NCBI GenBank assembly: GCA_051859245.1
Contig: JBHYGA010000004.1
Span: 768,001 to 832,000 of the forward strand
Reading direction: 5' to 3'
Length of the DNA stretch: 64,000 bases
Source of the DNA: Gemmatimonadaceae bacterium
GTDB taxonomy: Bacteria; Gemmatimonadota; Gemmatimonadetes; Gemmatimonadales; Gemmatimonadaceae
Below are positions 8,655 through 17,704 of this stretch, in pieces. Both the position numbers and the translations under genes were made by a program. The stretch's first letter is position 1. The number at the start of each line of letters is the position of its first letter. A model generated the notes under the pieces. The model was not told the origin of the DNA. It saw only the letters and a list, made by a program, of their open reading frames with translations, and searched no databases.

Positions 8655-11600
8655 ATATCGTAAACTTTGCCGTCAAGCGGTGGCAGTTCACCGTATTGCT
8701 GTTCCTTATGCTGATCGCACTCGGTGCCATGAGCTGGCGCTCTATTCCGCGCGCCGAGGATCCATCGTTTCCGGTACCGATCTTTACCGTGATTGCCGTG
8801 TACCCGGGCGCCGATGCGGAAGACATGGAGCAGCAGGTCACTGAGCCCATCGAAACGCGTCTTGCTTCACTGGAAAAGGTGAAAGAGCTGTACTCGCGCA
8901 GCAGCGATGGTCTGGCCGTAATCACGGTTGAGTTTGATGACGTGGTAGACGCCGATCGCAAGCAGGACGAAGTGCTGCGCGAGGTCAATGCACTACGTCC
9001 GCAGTTGCCGGCGTCGCTCGCTCGTCTCGATGTGCAGCGTAACGAAAACAACACGGTGGCCATTGCCCAGATCGCGCTGGTGAGCGAAACCACCCCGTAT
9101 CACGAGTTGGATGTAATCGCCGAACGCCTCGAGGAACGTGTGGAGCGCGTGGCGGGTGTGCGCAGCGCCGATCGCTGGGGCGCTCCGCGACGTGAAGTGC
9201 ATATCACGTTGGATCTCGCGCGCATGGCGACACTTGGCATCGCGCCGGCGCAGGTGTTGCAAGCGCTGGGGAGTGACAACGCGGCTATTCCCGGCGGCTC
9301 CGTTGATGTGGGCGCACGTCGATTCAATCTGGCAGCGACTGGTCGCTACCGCTCGCTCGCCGAGATGGAGCAGACGGTGGTGGCGGGCAGCAGCGGCAAC
9401 CTTGTTCGCGTGCGTGACATTGCAAACGTGCAGTGGGGCTACGGTGATCCCGTGCATGTGACGCGCTGGAACGGCAAGCGCGCGATGTTCGTGAGTATCA
9501 CCATGCAGACGGGCAACAATATCAACGATGTGCGCGACCGGATCTGGCCTGAACTGGATGCCGAAGCAGCGCTGTTGCCCGCCACGGTCAAGATGGAGCG
9601 CGGCTTCGATCAGTCGGTGAACGTCAGCAACCGGCTATCGCGGCTTGGTTGGGATTTTGTGATCGCACTGGCGCTGGTGATTGTCACATTGCTGCCGCTC
9701 GGTTTGCGCGCGTCGGTGGTGGTGATGGTGTCGATTCCACTGTCGCTGGCCATGGCGGTGGCATTGCTCAATTTCACGGGATTCTCCATCAATCAACTGT
9801 CGATCGTTGGTTTTGTCATCGCACTCGGCTTGCTGGTTGATGATTCGATTGTCGTAGTGGAAAACATCACGCGATTCCTCCGCGCCGGATACACGCGCAA
9901 AGACGCCGCGATTCTTGCCACCAAACAGATCGCGGTGGCAGTACTCGGTTGCACGGCAACACTGGTGTTTGCATTCCTGCCGCTGTTGTTTCTGCCCGGA
10001 CTGGCTGGTCGCTACATTCGCTCGCTGCCAATCGCCGTGGTGTACGCCGTGGTGGCTTCGCTGATTGTGTCGTTCACCATCATTCCGTGGCTGGCGAGTC
10101 TGTTGCTGCCGCGCACGGAATCGGCGCAGGGCAATCGATTCCTGCAGCTGCTTGATCGCGGCATTCACAAAACGTACGCGCCGCTGCTCGGTCGCTCGCT
10201 CGCCAATCCGTGGCGCACGCTGGGTCTGTCCGTAGCCGTCGTGCTCGGCAGTCTCGCGCTCATTCCTGCCGTGGGTTTTTCGCTGTTTCCCACCGCCGGC
10301 ACACCACAGTTTCACGTTGACATTGAAGCGCCCGATGGCGCGAGTCTCGCTGAGACGGATCGCGCGGTGCGATTTGCCGAGCGTGTGATTGGTACGCATC
10401 CGTCTGTGCGTGGCATGTTCAGTAATGTGGGCAAGGACAATCCGGTCGTGTACTACAATGTGTTTCAACGAGCAGAAGCGGCGAACCGAGGGCAGCTGTT
10501 TGTGTTGCTCAACGAGTACGATGCCGTGAACACACCGATCATGCTCGACACATTGCGTTCGCGTCTGGCCGAATACGCGGGTGCGCGCATTGAACTCAAG
10601 GAGTTCGAAAACGGGCCGCCAATTGAAGCGCCCATCGCCATGCGCATCGAGGGACCAGATCTGGATTCCCTGCGTGTGCTCGCCGCGCGCGTTGAGCAGA
10701 TCGTGCAAGGCACCGCGGGTACGCAGTACGTGCGCAACCCGATTCGCTTGCGCCGCACCGATCTTCGGTTAGCCGTCGACCGGCAGAAGGCCGGCCTGCT
10801 CGGCATTCCGAGTGTGGAGATTGATCGCACGCTGCGACTCGGTATTGCCGGTCTTGAGGCGGGATTCTTTCGCGGTGACGACGGAAACGAGCATCCGCTC
10901 GTGGTGCGCCTTGATCATGATGGCCGACCAACGCCCGAGGCATTGGACCGGATCTACGTGCCGTCGGTGCAGGGCGCGCTCATTCCCGTGTCACAGGTTG
11001 CGCAGCTGCAGTTCGAAGCAAAGCCAACGGTGATTGATCATCGCGAGCGCGTGCGTGCGGTGAGCATTACCAGTTATGTGCAGTCGGGCTACAACACGGA
11101 TCGCGTCACGCGCGATATTCTGGCGCAACTCGCGTCGCTCGATATTCCCAACGGCTATCGGGTGTATCCAGCCGGCGAAATCGAAAGCCGCGAAGAGAGT
11201 TTTGGCGGCATCGGATCGGCAATCATTGTGGCCGTGTTCGGAATACTCGCCATTCTCGTGCTCGAGTTCCGCAGCTTCCGCACCACGCTTGTGGTGGCCA
11301 GCGTGATTCCGCTTGGTGTCGTGGGTGGCATTCTGGCGCTGCTCTTCACCGGCTACACGCTGTCGTTCACCGCCATGATCGGATTCGTTGCCCTGGTGGG
11401 CATCGAAATCAAGACATCAATCCTGCTGGTGGACTTCACCGACCAACTGCGGCGTGAAGGGTACGATCTCGATCACGCGATTCAGAAGGCCGGTGAAATT
11501 CGTTTTGTGCCGATTGTACTCACGGCGATCACTGCTATTGGTGGTTTGCTGCCGCTTGCATTGCAAGGATCGGCGCTCTACTCACCACTCGCCTGGGTGA

Positions 11601-11737
11601 TCATTGGCGGACTCGTGTCGAGCACATTCATTGCACGACTCGTCACGCCGGTAATGTACAAACTGCTCGCGCCACCACTCGAACAGGAGCAGGAGCGCGA
11701 GCAGCCGACTACGGCTTTGCTGCCGGCGCTGTCTTGA
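8651..11737 (+). CDS. RND efflux transporter permease (AcrB/CzcA-like)
   Basis: 1028 aa; GLLVDDSIVVVENI motif; ATGA overlap with MFP. Confidence 0.95.
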   Translation: MNIVNFAVKRWQFTVLLFLMLIALGAMSWRSIPRAEDPSFPVPIFTVIAVYPGADAEDMEQQVTEPIETRLASLEKVKELYSRSSDGLAVITVEFDDVVDADRKQDEVLREVNALRPQLPASLARLDVQRNENNTVAIAQIALVSETTPYHELDVIAERLEERVERVAGVRSADRWGAPRREVHITLDLARMATLGIAPAQVLQALGSDNAAIPGGSVDVGARRFNLAATGRYRSLAEMEQTVVAGSSGNLVRVRDIANVQWGYGDPVHVTRWNGKRAMFVSITMQTGNNINDVRDRIWPELDAEAALLPATVKMERGFDQSVNVSNRLSRLGWDFVIALALVIVTLLPLGLRASVVVMVSIPLSLAMAVALLNFTGFSINQLSIVGFVIALGLLVDDSIVVVENITRFLRAGYTRKDAAILATKQIAVAVLGCTATLVFAFLPLLFLPGLAGRYIRSLPIAVVYAVVASLIVSFTIIPWLASLLLPRTESAQGNRFLQLLDRGIHKTYAPLLGRSLANPWRTLGLSVAVVLGSLALIPAVGFSLFPTAGTPQFHVDIEAPDGASLAETDRAVRFAERVIGTHPSVRGMFSNVGKDNPVVYYNVFQRAEAANRGQLFVLLNEYDAVNTPIMLDTLRSRLAEYAGARIELKEFENGPPIEAPIAMRIEGPDLDSLRVLAARVEQIVQGTAGTQYVRNPIRLRRTDLRLAVDRQKAGLLGIPSVEIDRTLRLGIAGLEAGFFRGDDGNEHPLVVRLDHDGRPTPEALDRIYVPSVQGALIPVSQVAQLQFEAKPTVIDHRERVRAVSITSYVQSGYNTDRVTRDILAQLASLDIPNGYRVYPAGEIESREESFGGIGSAIIVAVFGILAILVLEFRSFRTTLVVASVIPLGVVGGILALLFTGYTLSFTAMIGFVALVGIEIKTSILLVDFTDQLRREGYDLDHAIQKAGEIRFVPIVLTAITAIGGLLPLALQGSALYSPLAWVIIGGLVSSTFIARLVTPVMYKLLAPPLEQEQEREQPTTALLPALS

Positions 11738-12674
11738 TTTCCATCACCATGGTCTGATTCATGGAGTTGACCTGACCGCCCATTTCCAGGTCGATGGCCA
11801 TTTTCATGTCCATCTTCATGTCCATCGACGGTTGCATACGATCAAAACGAATGGCCAGTGTTGACGTGCCTTTGCCATCAAGGCTGCGCAGTTTTGCGGA
11901 TGCGCCGGCCGGCATGGCCGATGGGTCCATCACCTGATCTTTCGCTGTCTGGGTCAACACCATTTCGAGCGTCATGCTGTCGGCGGTGAGCGACTTCACC
12001 AGGTACTCCACGTCCTGCTGAATCGTCATGCCGTTTTGTGTCACGGGGCGTGAGGCTTTCCACCGCGCCCCAACACCAACGGCTTCGGTTGGAAACGCCA
12101 CGCTCATCTGTTCAATCGACTGCGCCGACTGCATCGCGGCCGCAGGTGCGCCCGCACCAAACTCCAACTTGGAAATCTGACCGGTTGGGCTCATGGTGTA
12201 ATTCATCTTCACACCTTTCATCGCCGAGAGTTGTGGACCCATGGCGCTGACCAGCATCGGATCTGCACCCTCGGCATCCAACTCGACGTTCACAAACTCG
12301 GCGTTGATTGCGGCTGATCCATCAGCCGCAACGTCAGACACATTAAAGCGCGTGGTCGACACCGTGGTGGGAAGTACTTGCGCCGGCATGGCCATGCCGC
12401 CCATCTCGATGTTCATGCTGATCTTCTGACGCACGGAGACGAGTTCACTCGCGCCAGACACAAGTTTGAGGCGAAGTGCGCGGCGCGGAGCTGCGCCTGC
12501 CTCGAGCACGGTAACGCTGGCCGGTGCGGCGGCCGCGGGGCTCGCCGCTTGCGCACGCATCGTGTGCGCGGGCGCGATGAACAGCGTTGCAGCCAACGCG
12601 GCGACTGACAGTCTGCGGAAAGTGGAACGAAGCACGATGAATAACCGGCTGCAGGGTGGGTAGAAATAGTTCAC
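11709..12674 (-). CDS. Secreted hypothetical protein (DUF6263-like)
   Basis: Signal peptide; VLEAGAAPRRALR and FPTEAVGVGARW motifs; beta-rich. Confidence 0.7.
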   Translation of the reverse strand: MNYFYPPCSRLFIVLRSTFRRLSVAALAATLFIAPAHTMRAQAASPAAAAPASVTVLEAGAAPRRALRLKLVSGASELVSVRQKISMNIEMGGMAMPAQVLPTTVSTTRFNVSDVAADGSAAINAEFVNVELDAEGADPMLVSAMGPQLSAMKGVKMNYTMSPTGQISKLEFGAGAPAAAMQSAQSIEQMSVAFPTEAVGVGARWKASRPVTQNGMTIQQDVEYLVKSLTADSMTLEMVLTQTAKDQVMDPSAMPAGASAKLRSLDGKGTSTLAIRFDRMQPSMDMKMDMKMAIDLEMGGQVNSMNQTMVMEIKTAPAAKP

Positions 12675-12717
12675 CCACCCAAGTTACGCGGTCCGCCGCC
12701 CGAGTGCCTGTTGTGGC

Positions 12718-13482
12718 CTATTTCCCGCGTCCGGGGATTGGCGGCAGGATCCTGATGGTGTCTTTGGGAAGCGCCTGAATGCGAAACGCAAAGCTCTGCA
12801 CCACCACCTGCGGCACCGGTGTGCCACGCAAACGCGCTGGCCTGAACTTCATGAGCGGTAACGCCGTTCGTACCGCATTGGTAAAAGCAGTGTCGCTGGT
12901 CTGTAGCGCCATAAAGGAAACAGGATCCGCGCGTCCGGTGGAATCCACAATGAATCGCGCCAGTACTTCGCCTTCAACGCGCGCGTTCAGCAACGTGGGC
13001 GGATAGGCCGGGCCACCGCTCGTGGGATCCGTGGTGACCACCGAATCCACCTGAATCTCGCTCAGGGCAAACTCTTCGAGCGCCGATGACGGAACGGATA
13101 TGTCGTCGACAACGTCCGTGCCCGCCTGCGCCGATCCAATCGGCAACTCCGGAGACGGCGGCGCAAAGTCCGACAATTCCGGCTCCGGCGCGCCGCGCAC
13201 GTCGCCGGTGAGTCCCACGTAGCTCAACCGTTCTTCCGAGGCGCGCGACACATCCTTCTTTTCAGGCGCGATGTACACGGGGCCAGGCGCGTCTTCTTCC
13301 GCCGCTGTAAACCGGTAGTCAATCGACATCAGGACCACCGTGCTCGCCACGGTTGCGAGATGCGCCGACATGCCCAACAACGTGCGCAGCACTTCACGCT
13401 TGCCAATCGCGCGACCCGATTCAATCAGGGTGAGTGCGTGACGGCGAGTACCGGGTGATGTCGCTCGCGCTTTGCTTCGCAT
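12718..13482 (-). CDS. TonB family energy transducer
   Basis: One TM helix, acidic/Pro linker, TonB C-terminal domain PAYP..VEGEVLARFIVDSTG..F.PA..G.PV..VVQSFAF; GGAG RBS before ATG 13482. Confidence 0.88.
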   Translation of the reverse strand: MRSKARATSPGTRRHALTLIESGRAIGKREVLRTLLGMSAHLATVASTVVLMSIDYRFTAAEEDAPGPVYIAPEKKDVSRASEERLSYVGLTGDVRGAPEPELSDFAPPSPELPIGSAQAGTDVVDDISVPSSALEEFALSEIQVDSVVTTDPTSGGPAYPPTLLNARVEGEVLARFIVDSTGRADPVSFMALQTSDTAFTNAVRTALPLMKFRPARLRGTPVPQVVVQSFAFRIQALPKDTIRILPPIPGRGK

Positions 13483-13763
13483 GGTAGGACTCCGAGCGTT
13501 AGCTGTCGAGTAAAAAACACGCCCTCTTGTAACAAACCTGTGTTGGTCCGCGCTGGCAAGCGGGTGGGACGGGCCGAACGGTGGGTGCCCCGCCGTGAAC
13601 CGCAGTGGCAAGGCGACTAACCGCCACACGCAACCAATAGCCAGCGCCATTCCCCGGTGACCCAACGGTGGCGTTCACCGCTCCGTAACCACAGGTTGAA
13701 CCGCTGCAGCTTTTGTAAAGATTCCTGATGTCCCGCAGGTCCCCTCCGATCTCCTTCCGCACC

Positions 13764-16700
13764 ATGAGACGCACCACTCGATTCTCGCTCCTCACCCTGG
13801 GCGTGGCCAGCTTGTCGGCCTCGCTCTCGGCGCCGGCGATTGCCCAGGGCCCCTCAGCCCCGAGCGACTCGGCCGCCGCCGCGCAGGCCATCAGCGCCCT
13901 GCGCTGGCGCAACATCGGTCCGGCCAACATGGCTGGCCGCATTGTCGACGTCGAAGGCATCCCGTCGCCCTCGCGCACGTTCTATGTCTCCACCGCCGCT
14001 GGCGGTGTGTGGAAGACGATCAACGGCGGCACCACGTTCTTCCCCGTGCTCGACACGGCGCGCGTGGCCTCGGGCGGTGATCTCGCGATTGCGCCATCCG
14101 ACAGCAACACGGTGTACTGGGGCACCGGCGAGCCAAACTCGCGTAACTCCATCTCCCCCGGTGGCGGCATTTACAAAACCACCGACGGTGGACGCACCTG
14201 GAGCTTCATCGGGCTCAAGGAGACACAACATATCGGACGCGTGCAGGTGCACCCCACCAATCCGAACATTGTGTGGGTGGCGGCGCTCGGCCACGCGTGG
14301 GGCCCGAACAAGGAACGTGGTCTGTACAAGACCGTCGACGGTGGCAAAACGTGGATGCTGAAAAAGTTCATCAACGAGAAGACGGGCTTCGTTGATGTGC
14401 AGGTACATCCGCGTAATCCCGACATTCTGTTTGCGTCGAGCTACGAGCGCGTGCGTGGTCCGTACTTCCTGAACTCCGGCGGACCGGGTTCGGCGCTCTG
14501 GAAGAGCACCGACGGCGGTGACACGTGGACCGAAGTGAAGGGCGGCGGATTCCCGGCCACCATGAAGGGCCGCATTGAAATCGCGATTGCCGCGAGCAAT
14601 CCCGACATCATGTACACCATGGTGGAAGCCGACACGGCGCCCAAGGCCGCAACGCCGCGCACCGCGCCGCAGCGCCGGCCGAGTGGTCTGTATCGCTCCG
14701 ATGATGGCGGCACCACGTGGGAATATCGCAATCCCGAAAACGTGCGTCCGTTCTACTACTCGCAGGTGCGCGTGAGCCCCACCGATCCGGACGTGGTGTT
14801 CTGGTCATCCACGCCGGTGAAGTATTCGCGCGATGGTGGCAAGACCGCCGGTAACACTACGGTTGGTTTGCACGTCGACCATCACGCCATGTGGTTCGAT
14901 CCGAAAGATCCGAATCGCATCATCGTGGGCAACGATGGTGGACTCGGCATCACGTTCGACGGCGGCGGCACGTGGGATTTCCCGAACACGTTTGCGCTCG
15001 GCCAGTTCTACGCCGTGTCGTACGACATGCAGGTGCCGTACCGCGTGTGTGGTGGTCTGCAGGACAACGGATCGTGGTGCGGACCGAGCCGTCGTCGTCA
15101 GGGCCCGATCACGAATGCGATGTGGCACAACATTGGTGGCGGCGACGGATTTGTCACCGCGCAGGATCCGACCGATCCCAACATCATTTATTCGGAATCG
15201 CAGGGTGGCTCACTCGGCCGTCTCGATTTTGCCACAGGCACGCGTTTGCCGGTGCGCAAGCCGAACTGGCGTGATTCGTACGCCGCGTGGAATGACAGCA
15301 TCGCCGTGATTCGCGGTGACATGAATCGTCCGGAAACGGCCGACATGCGCCGTCGTATTGCCGAAGTGCGCGCCAAGCAGAAGCAGGACTCGCTCGATCT
15401 GCAGCTGCGCTGGAACTGGAACACGCCGTTCTTTATCTCCAAGCACAACCCGATGACGCTCTACTACGGATCAAACCGTGTGATGAAGAGCATCAATCGT
15501 GGTTCGAGCATGTTCCCGATTTCGCCTGACCTCTCGTATGCCGACACAGCCAAGTTGCGTGTCGCGCTGCGCACCACGGGTGGCATTACGCCAGACGTCA
15601 CCGGTGCCGAAACGTTTGGCACGGTGGTGTCGCTTAACGAATCGCCAGTGCGCCCCGGCGTATTGTTTGCCGGAACAGACGATGGTCGTGTTTGGGTGAC
15701 CAAAAACGATGGCGGCACGTGGGAAGAAGTGACCAAGAACATTCCGGGCGTTGCGGCCGGTGCGTATGTGTCGCGTGTGGAAGGTTCGTACGCGTCCGAA
15801 GGCACGTTCTACGTCACGTTTGATGATCACCGTCGTGATAACTTCACGCCGTACGTGTACATGAGCACGGATTTCGGTCGCACGTTCACGTCGATTGCGT
15901 CGAATCTGCCCAAGGGTGGCGCCGACTTTGTGCACGTGATTCGTGAAGATCCGCGCAACCCGAACCTGTTGTATGTGGGCACCGATGTTGGTGCGTACGT
16001 GTCGCTCAACAAGGGTGCGTCGTGGCAGCGCTTCATGACGGGCTTGCCCACCACGCCGGTGCACGATCTGCAGATTCATCCGCGTGATCGTGAACTCATT
16101 GCCGGTACGCATGGCCGTTCCATCTGGATCGTTGATGTGGCACCGCTGCAGGAAATGACGCCGCAGGTGATCGCGCAGTCGGCGCATCTGTTTACGCCGC
16201 GCACCGCGTTCCAGTGGGGTGAGTCACCGATCAACGGTGGAAGCAACGGACACAAACTGTTCCAGGCGCCGAGTCCGCAGTTCGGCGCGGATATCTGGTA
16301 TCGTGTGGCGCAGGGCAGTGGTCAGGCGCGCATCGTGGTGCAGGATGCACTGGGTGATACGCTGATCAATACCACGGGACCTGGTGGCCCGGGCGTGCAC
16401 CGCTTCTCGTGGAACATGCGTGGCAAGACACCGCCTGCTCCGCCGCTTTCACCGGCGCAGCTGCGTGACAGCATTCAGCAGGCGCAGCGCACCACGTTCG
16501 TGCTCGACTCGCTTGAAAAGGACGGCACCATTCCCGCCAACCTGATTGCGCAGGCGCGCACCGCCATGTCGCAGGGCGCAGCGGGTATTCAGGCGCTCAT
16601 GGGCGGCGGTGGTGGCGGATTCGGCGGTGGCGGTGGCGGTGGTGGTGGCGGATTCGGTGGCGGCGGTTTCGGCGGAGGTGCTCCGAACCTTCGTCCGGGC

Positions 16701-17084
16701 GAAACGCGTCCCACGCCGAGCTTCCCCACGGGTGGCGCAGCCGCAGGCGGCGGTCGCGGCCCCGGCGGCGCTGCTGCCCCGGCGGGCGGCGCGGCGGAAG
16801 GCGTGCAGCAGGTATTCGCGGCCATGCGTGAAGCCATGGGACCCGACTTCAATCCGTTCGGCGGTGGTGGTCGTGGCGGACGTGGCGGCGGCGGTGGTGG
16901 CGGCGGTCTGGCCGGAACGGGTGATTACAAAGTCACCGTGACCGCGGGCGGACGCACCATGTCGCAGATGCTGCGCGTTGAGCAGCTCAACAGTGCCGAT
17001 CCGGCACTCGGCGGCATGTTCGGTGAAGACGAAGAAGCCGTGTTGCTTCGCGACTTCAACCGCTGGTTGCGTACCTGGCAGTAA
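13764..17084 (+). CDS. Secreted VPS10/BNR-repeat beta-propeller protein (glycosyl hydrolase-like)
   Basis: WRNIGPANMAGRI start, many K/RT.DGG.TW Asp-box repeats, HVDHHAMW, GGLQDNG; Gly-rich C-terminal insert. Confidence 0.9.
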   Translation: MRRTTRFSLLTLGVASLSASLSAPAIAQGPSAPSDSAAAAQAISALRWRNIGPANMAGRIVDVEGIPSPSRTFYVSTAAGGVWKTINGGTTFFPVLDTARVASGGDLAIAPSDSNTVYWGTGEPNSRNSISPGGGIYKTTDGGRTWSFIGLKETQHIGRVQVHPTNPNIVWVAALGHAWGPNKERGLYKTVDGGKTWMLKKFINEKTGFVDVQVHPRNPDILFASSYERVRGPYFLNSGGPGSALWKSTDGGDTWTEVKGGGFPATMKGRIEIAIAASNPDIMYTMVEADTAPKAATPRTAPQRRPSGLYRSDDGGTTWEYRNPENVRPFYYSQVRVSPTDPDVVFWSSTPVKYSRDGGKTAGNTTVGLHVDHHAMWFDPKDPNRIIVGNDGGLGITFDGGGTWDFPNTFALGQFYAVSYDMQVPYRVCGGLQDNGSWCGPSRRRQGPITNAMWHNIGGGDGFVTAQDPTDPNIIYSESQGGSLGRLDFATGTRLPVRKPNWRDSYAAWNDSIAVIRGDMNRPETADMRRRIAEVRAKQKQDSLDLQLRWNWNTPFFISKHNPMTLYYGSNRVMKSINRGSSMFPISPDLSYADTAKLRVALRTTGGITPDVTGAETFGTVVSLNESPVRPGVLFAGTDDGRVWVTKNDGGTWEEVTKNIPGVAAGAYVSRVEGSYASEGTFYVTFDDHRRDNFTPYVYMSTDFGRTFTSIASNLPKGGADFVHVIREDPRNPNLLYVGTDVGAYVSLNKGASWQRFMTGLPTTPVHDLQIHPRDRELIAGTHGRSIWIVDVAPLQEMTPQVIAQSAHLFTPRTAFQWGESPINGGSNGHKLFQAPSPQFGADIWYRVAQGSGQARIVVQDALGDTLINTTGPGGPGVHRFSWNMRGKTPPAPPLSPAQLRDSIQQAQRTTFVLDSLEKDGTIPANLIAQARTAMSQGAAGIQALMGGGGGGFGGGGGGGGGGFGGGGFGGGAPNLRPGETRPTPSFPTGGAAAGGGRGPGGAAAPAGGAAEGVQQVFAAMREAMGPDFNPFGGGGRGGRGGGGGGGGLAGTGDYKVTVTAGGRTMSQMLRVEQLNSADPALGGMFGEDEEAVLLRDFNRWLRTWQ

Positions 17085-17119
17085 GTCTGCGCTTCGAGCG
17101 CGACCCGCTGTAATGGAAT

Positions 17120-17163
17120 AACCAACGACACAGCACGCATTCTTGCGGCTGTGTCGTTTGGTT
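17120..17163. terminator. Hairpin between convergent genes (probable bidirectional terminator)
   Basis: aaccaacgacacagc-a-cgca ttct tgcg-gctgtgtcgtttggtt. Confidence 0.65.
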
Positions 17164-17164
17164 G

Positions 17165-17704
17165 TCAGGCGTCGCGTTGTTTGAGACGTTGCACCAGATA
17201 GGCTGCGACTTCCGGATGTTCACGCGTTGCTGCCAGGTCTGACGCGAGTGCACCGTCGTCCATGCGCGCGGAAACATCGGCATCATGCGCCAACAACTGA
17301 TCCGCGATCTCGCGGGTGCCGCGTGCGCCGGCGAGATGCAGCGGCGTGACGCCGTGTCCACCAACACTGTTGGCGTCAGCACCCGCGTCGAGCAACAGTG
17401 CCACAGCCTCGCTATTCGCCGCACCAGCAATGGCGGCGTGCAGTGGCATGTTCGACGTGGGATTGTCAGATCGTACTTCGGTATGTGCGCCATGCGCGAG
17501 TAAATACCGCATAACGTCGACATGCCCGAAAAATCCGGCCAAATGCAAGGCGGTCCACCCGTCGGTACGTCGCTTGTTGATCAGCGCAGGATGTTTTTCA
17601 ACGAGCGCAGAGAGTGCAAGCACATCACCTGACGCGGCGGCATTTCCAATGGCTTCAACAAGTACAAGCTCATCCTGCTCAGGCGCCAACTCGCGCTGAC
17701 TCAC
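17165..17704 (-). CDS. Ankyrin repeat protein
   Basis: GWTALHLA, NMPLHAA, GVTPLHLA repeats; GTG start overlaps the kinase stop (GTGA). Confidence 0.92.
   Translation of the reverse strand: MSQRELAPEQDELVLVEAIGNAAASGDVLALSALVEKHPALINKRRTDGWTALHLAGFFGHVDVMRYLLAHGAHTEVRSDNPTSNMPLHAAIAGAANSEAVALLLDAGADANSVGGHGVTPLHLAGARGTREIADQLLAHDADVSARMDDGALASDLAATREHPEVAAYLVQRLKQRDA

Noticed and set aside
9635..10708. Long antisense ORFs (also 24924-25994, 45937-46968, 33543-34439, 31494-32348)
   Set aside because: Shadows of real genes in GC-rich DNA with no recognisable motifs
11709..11737. Convergent 3' overlaps (also 35498-35527)
   Set aside because: About 30-bp tail overlaps are common in GC-rich genomes
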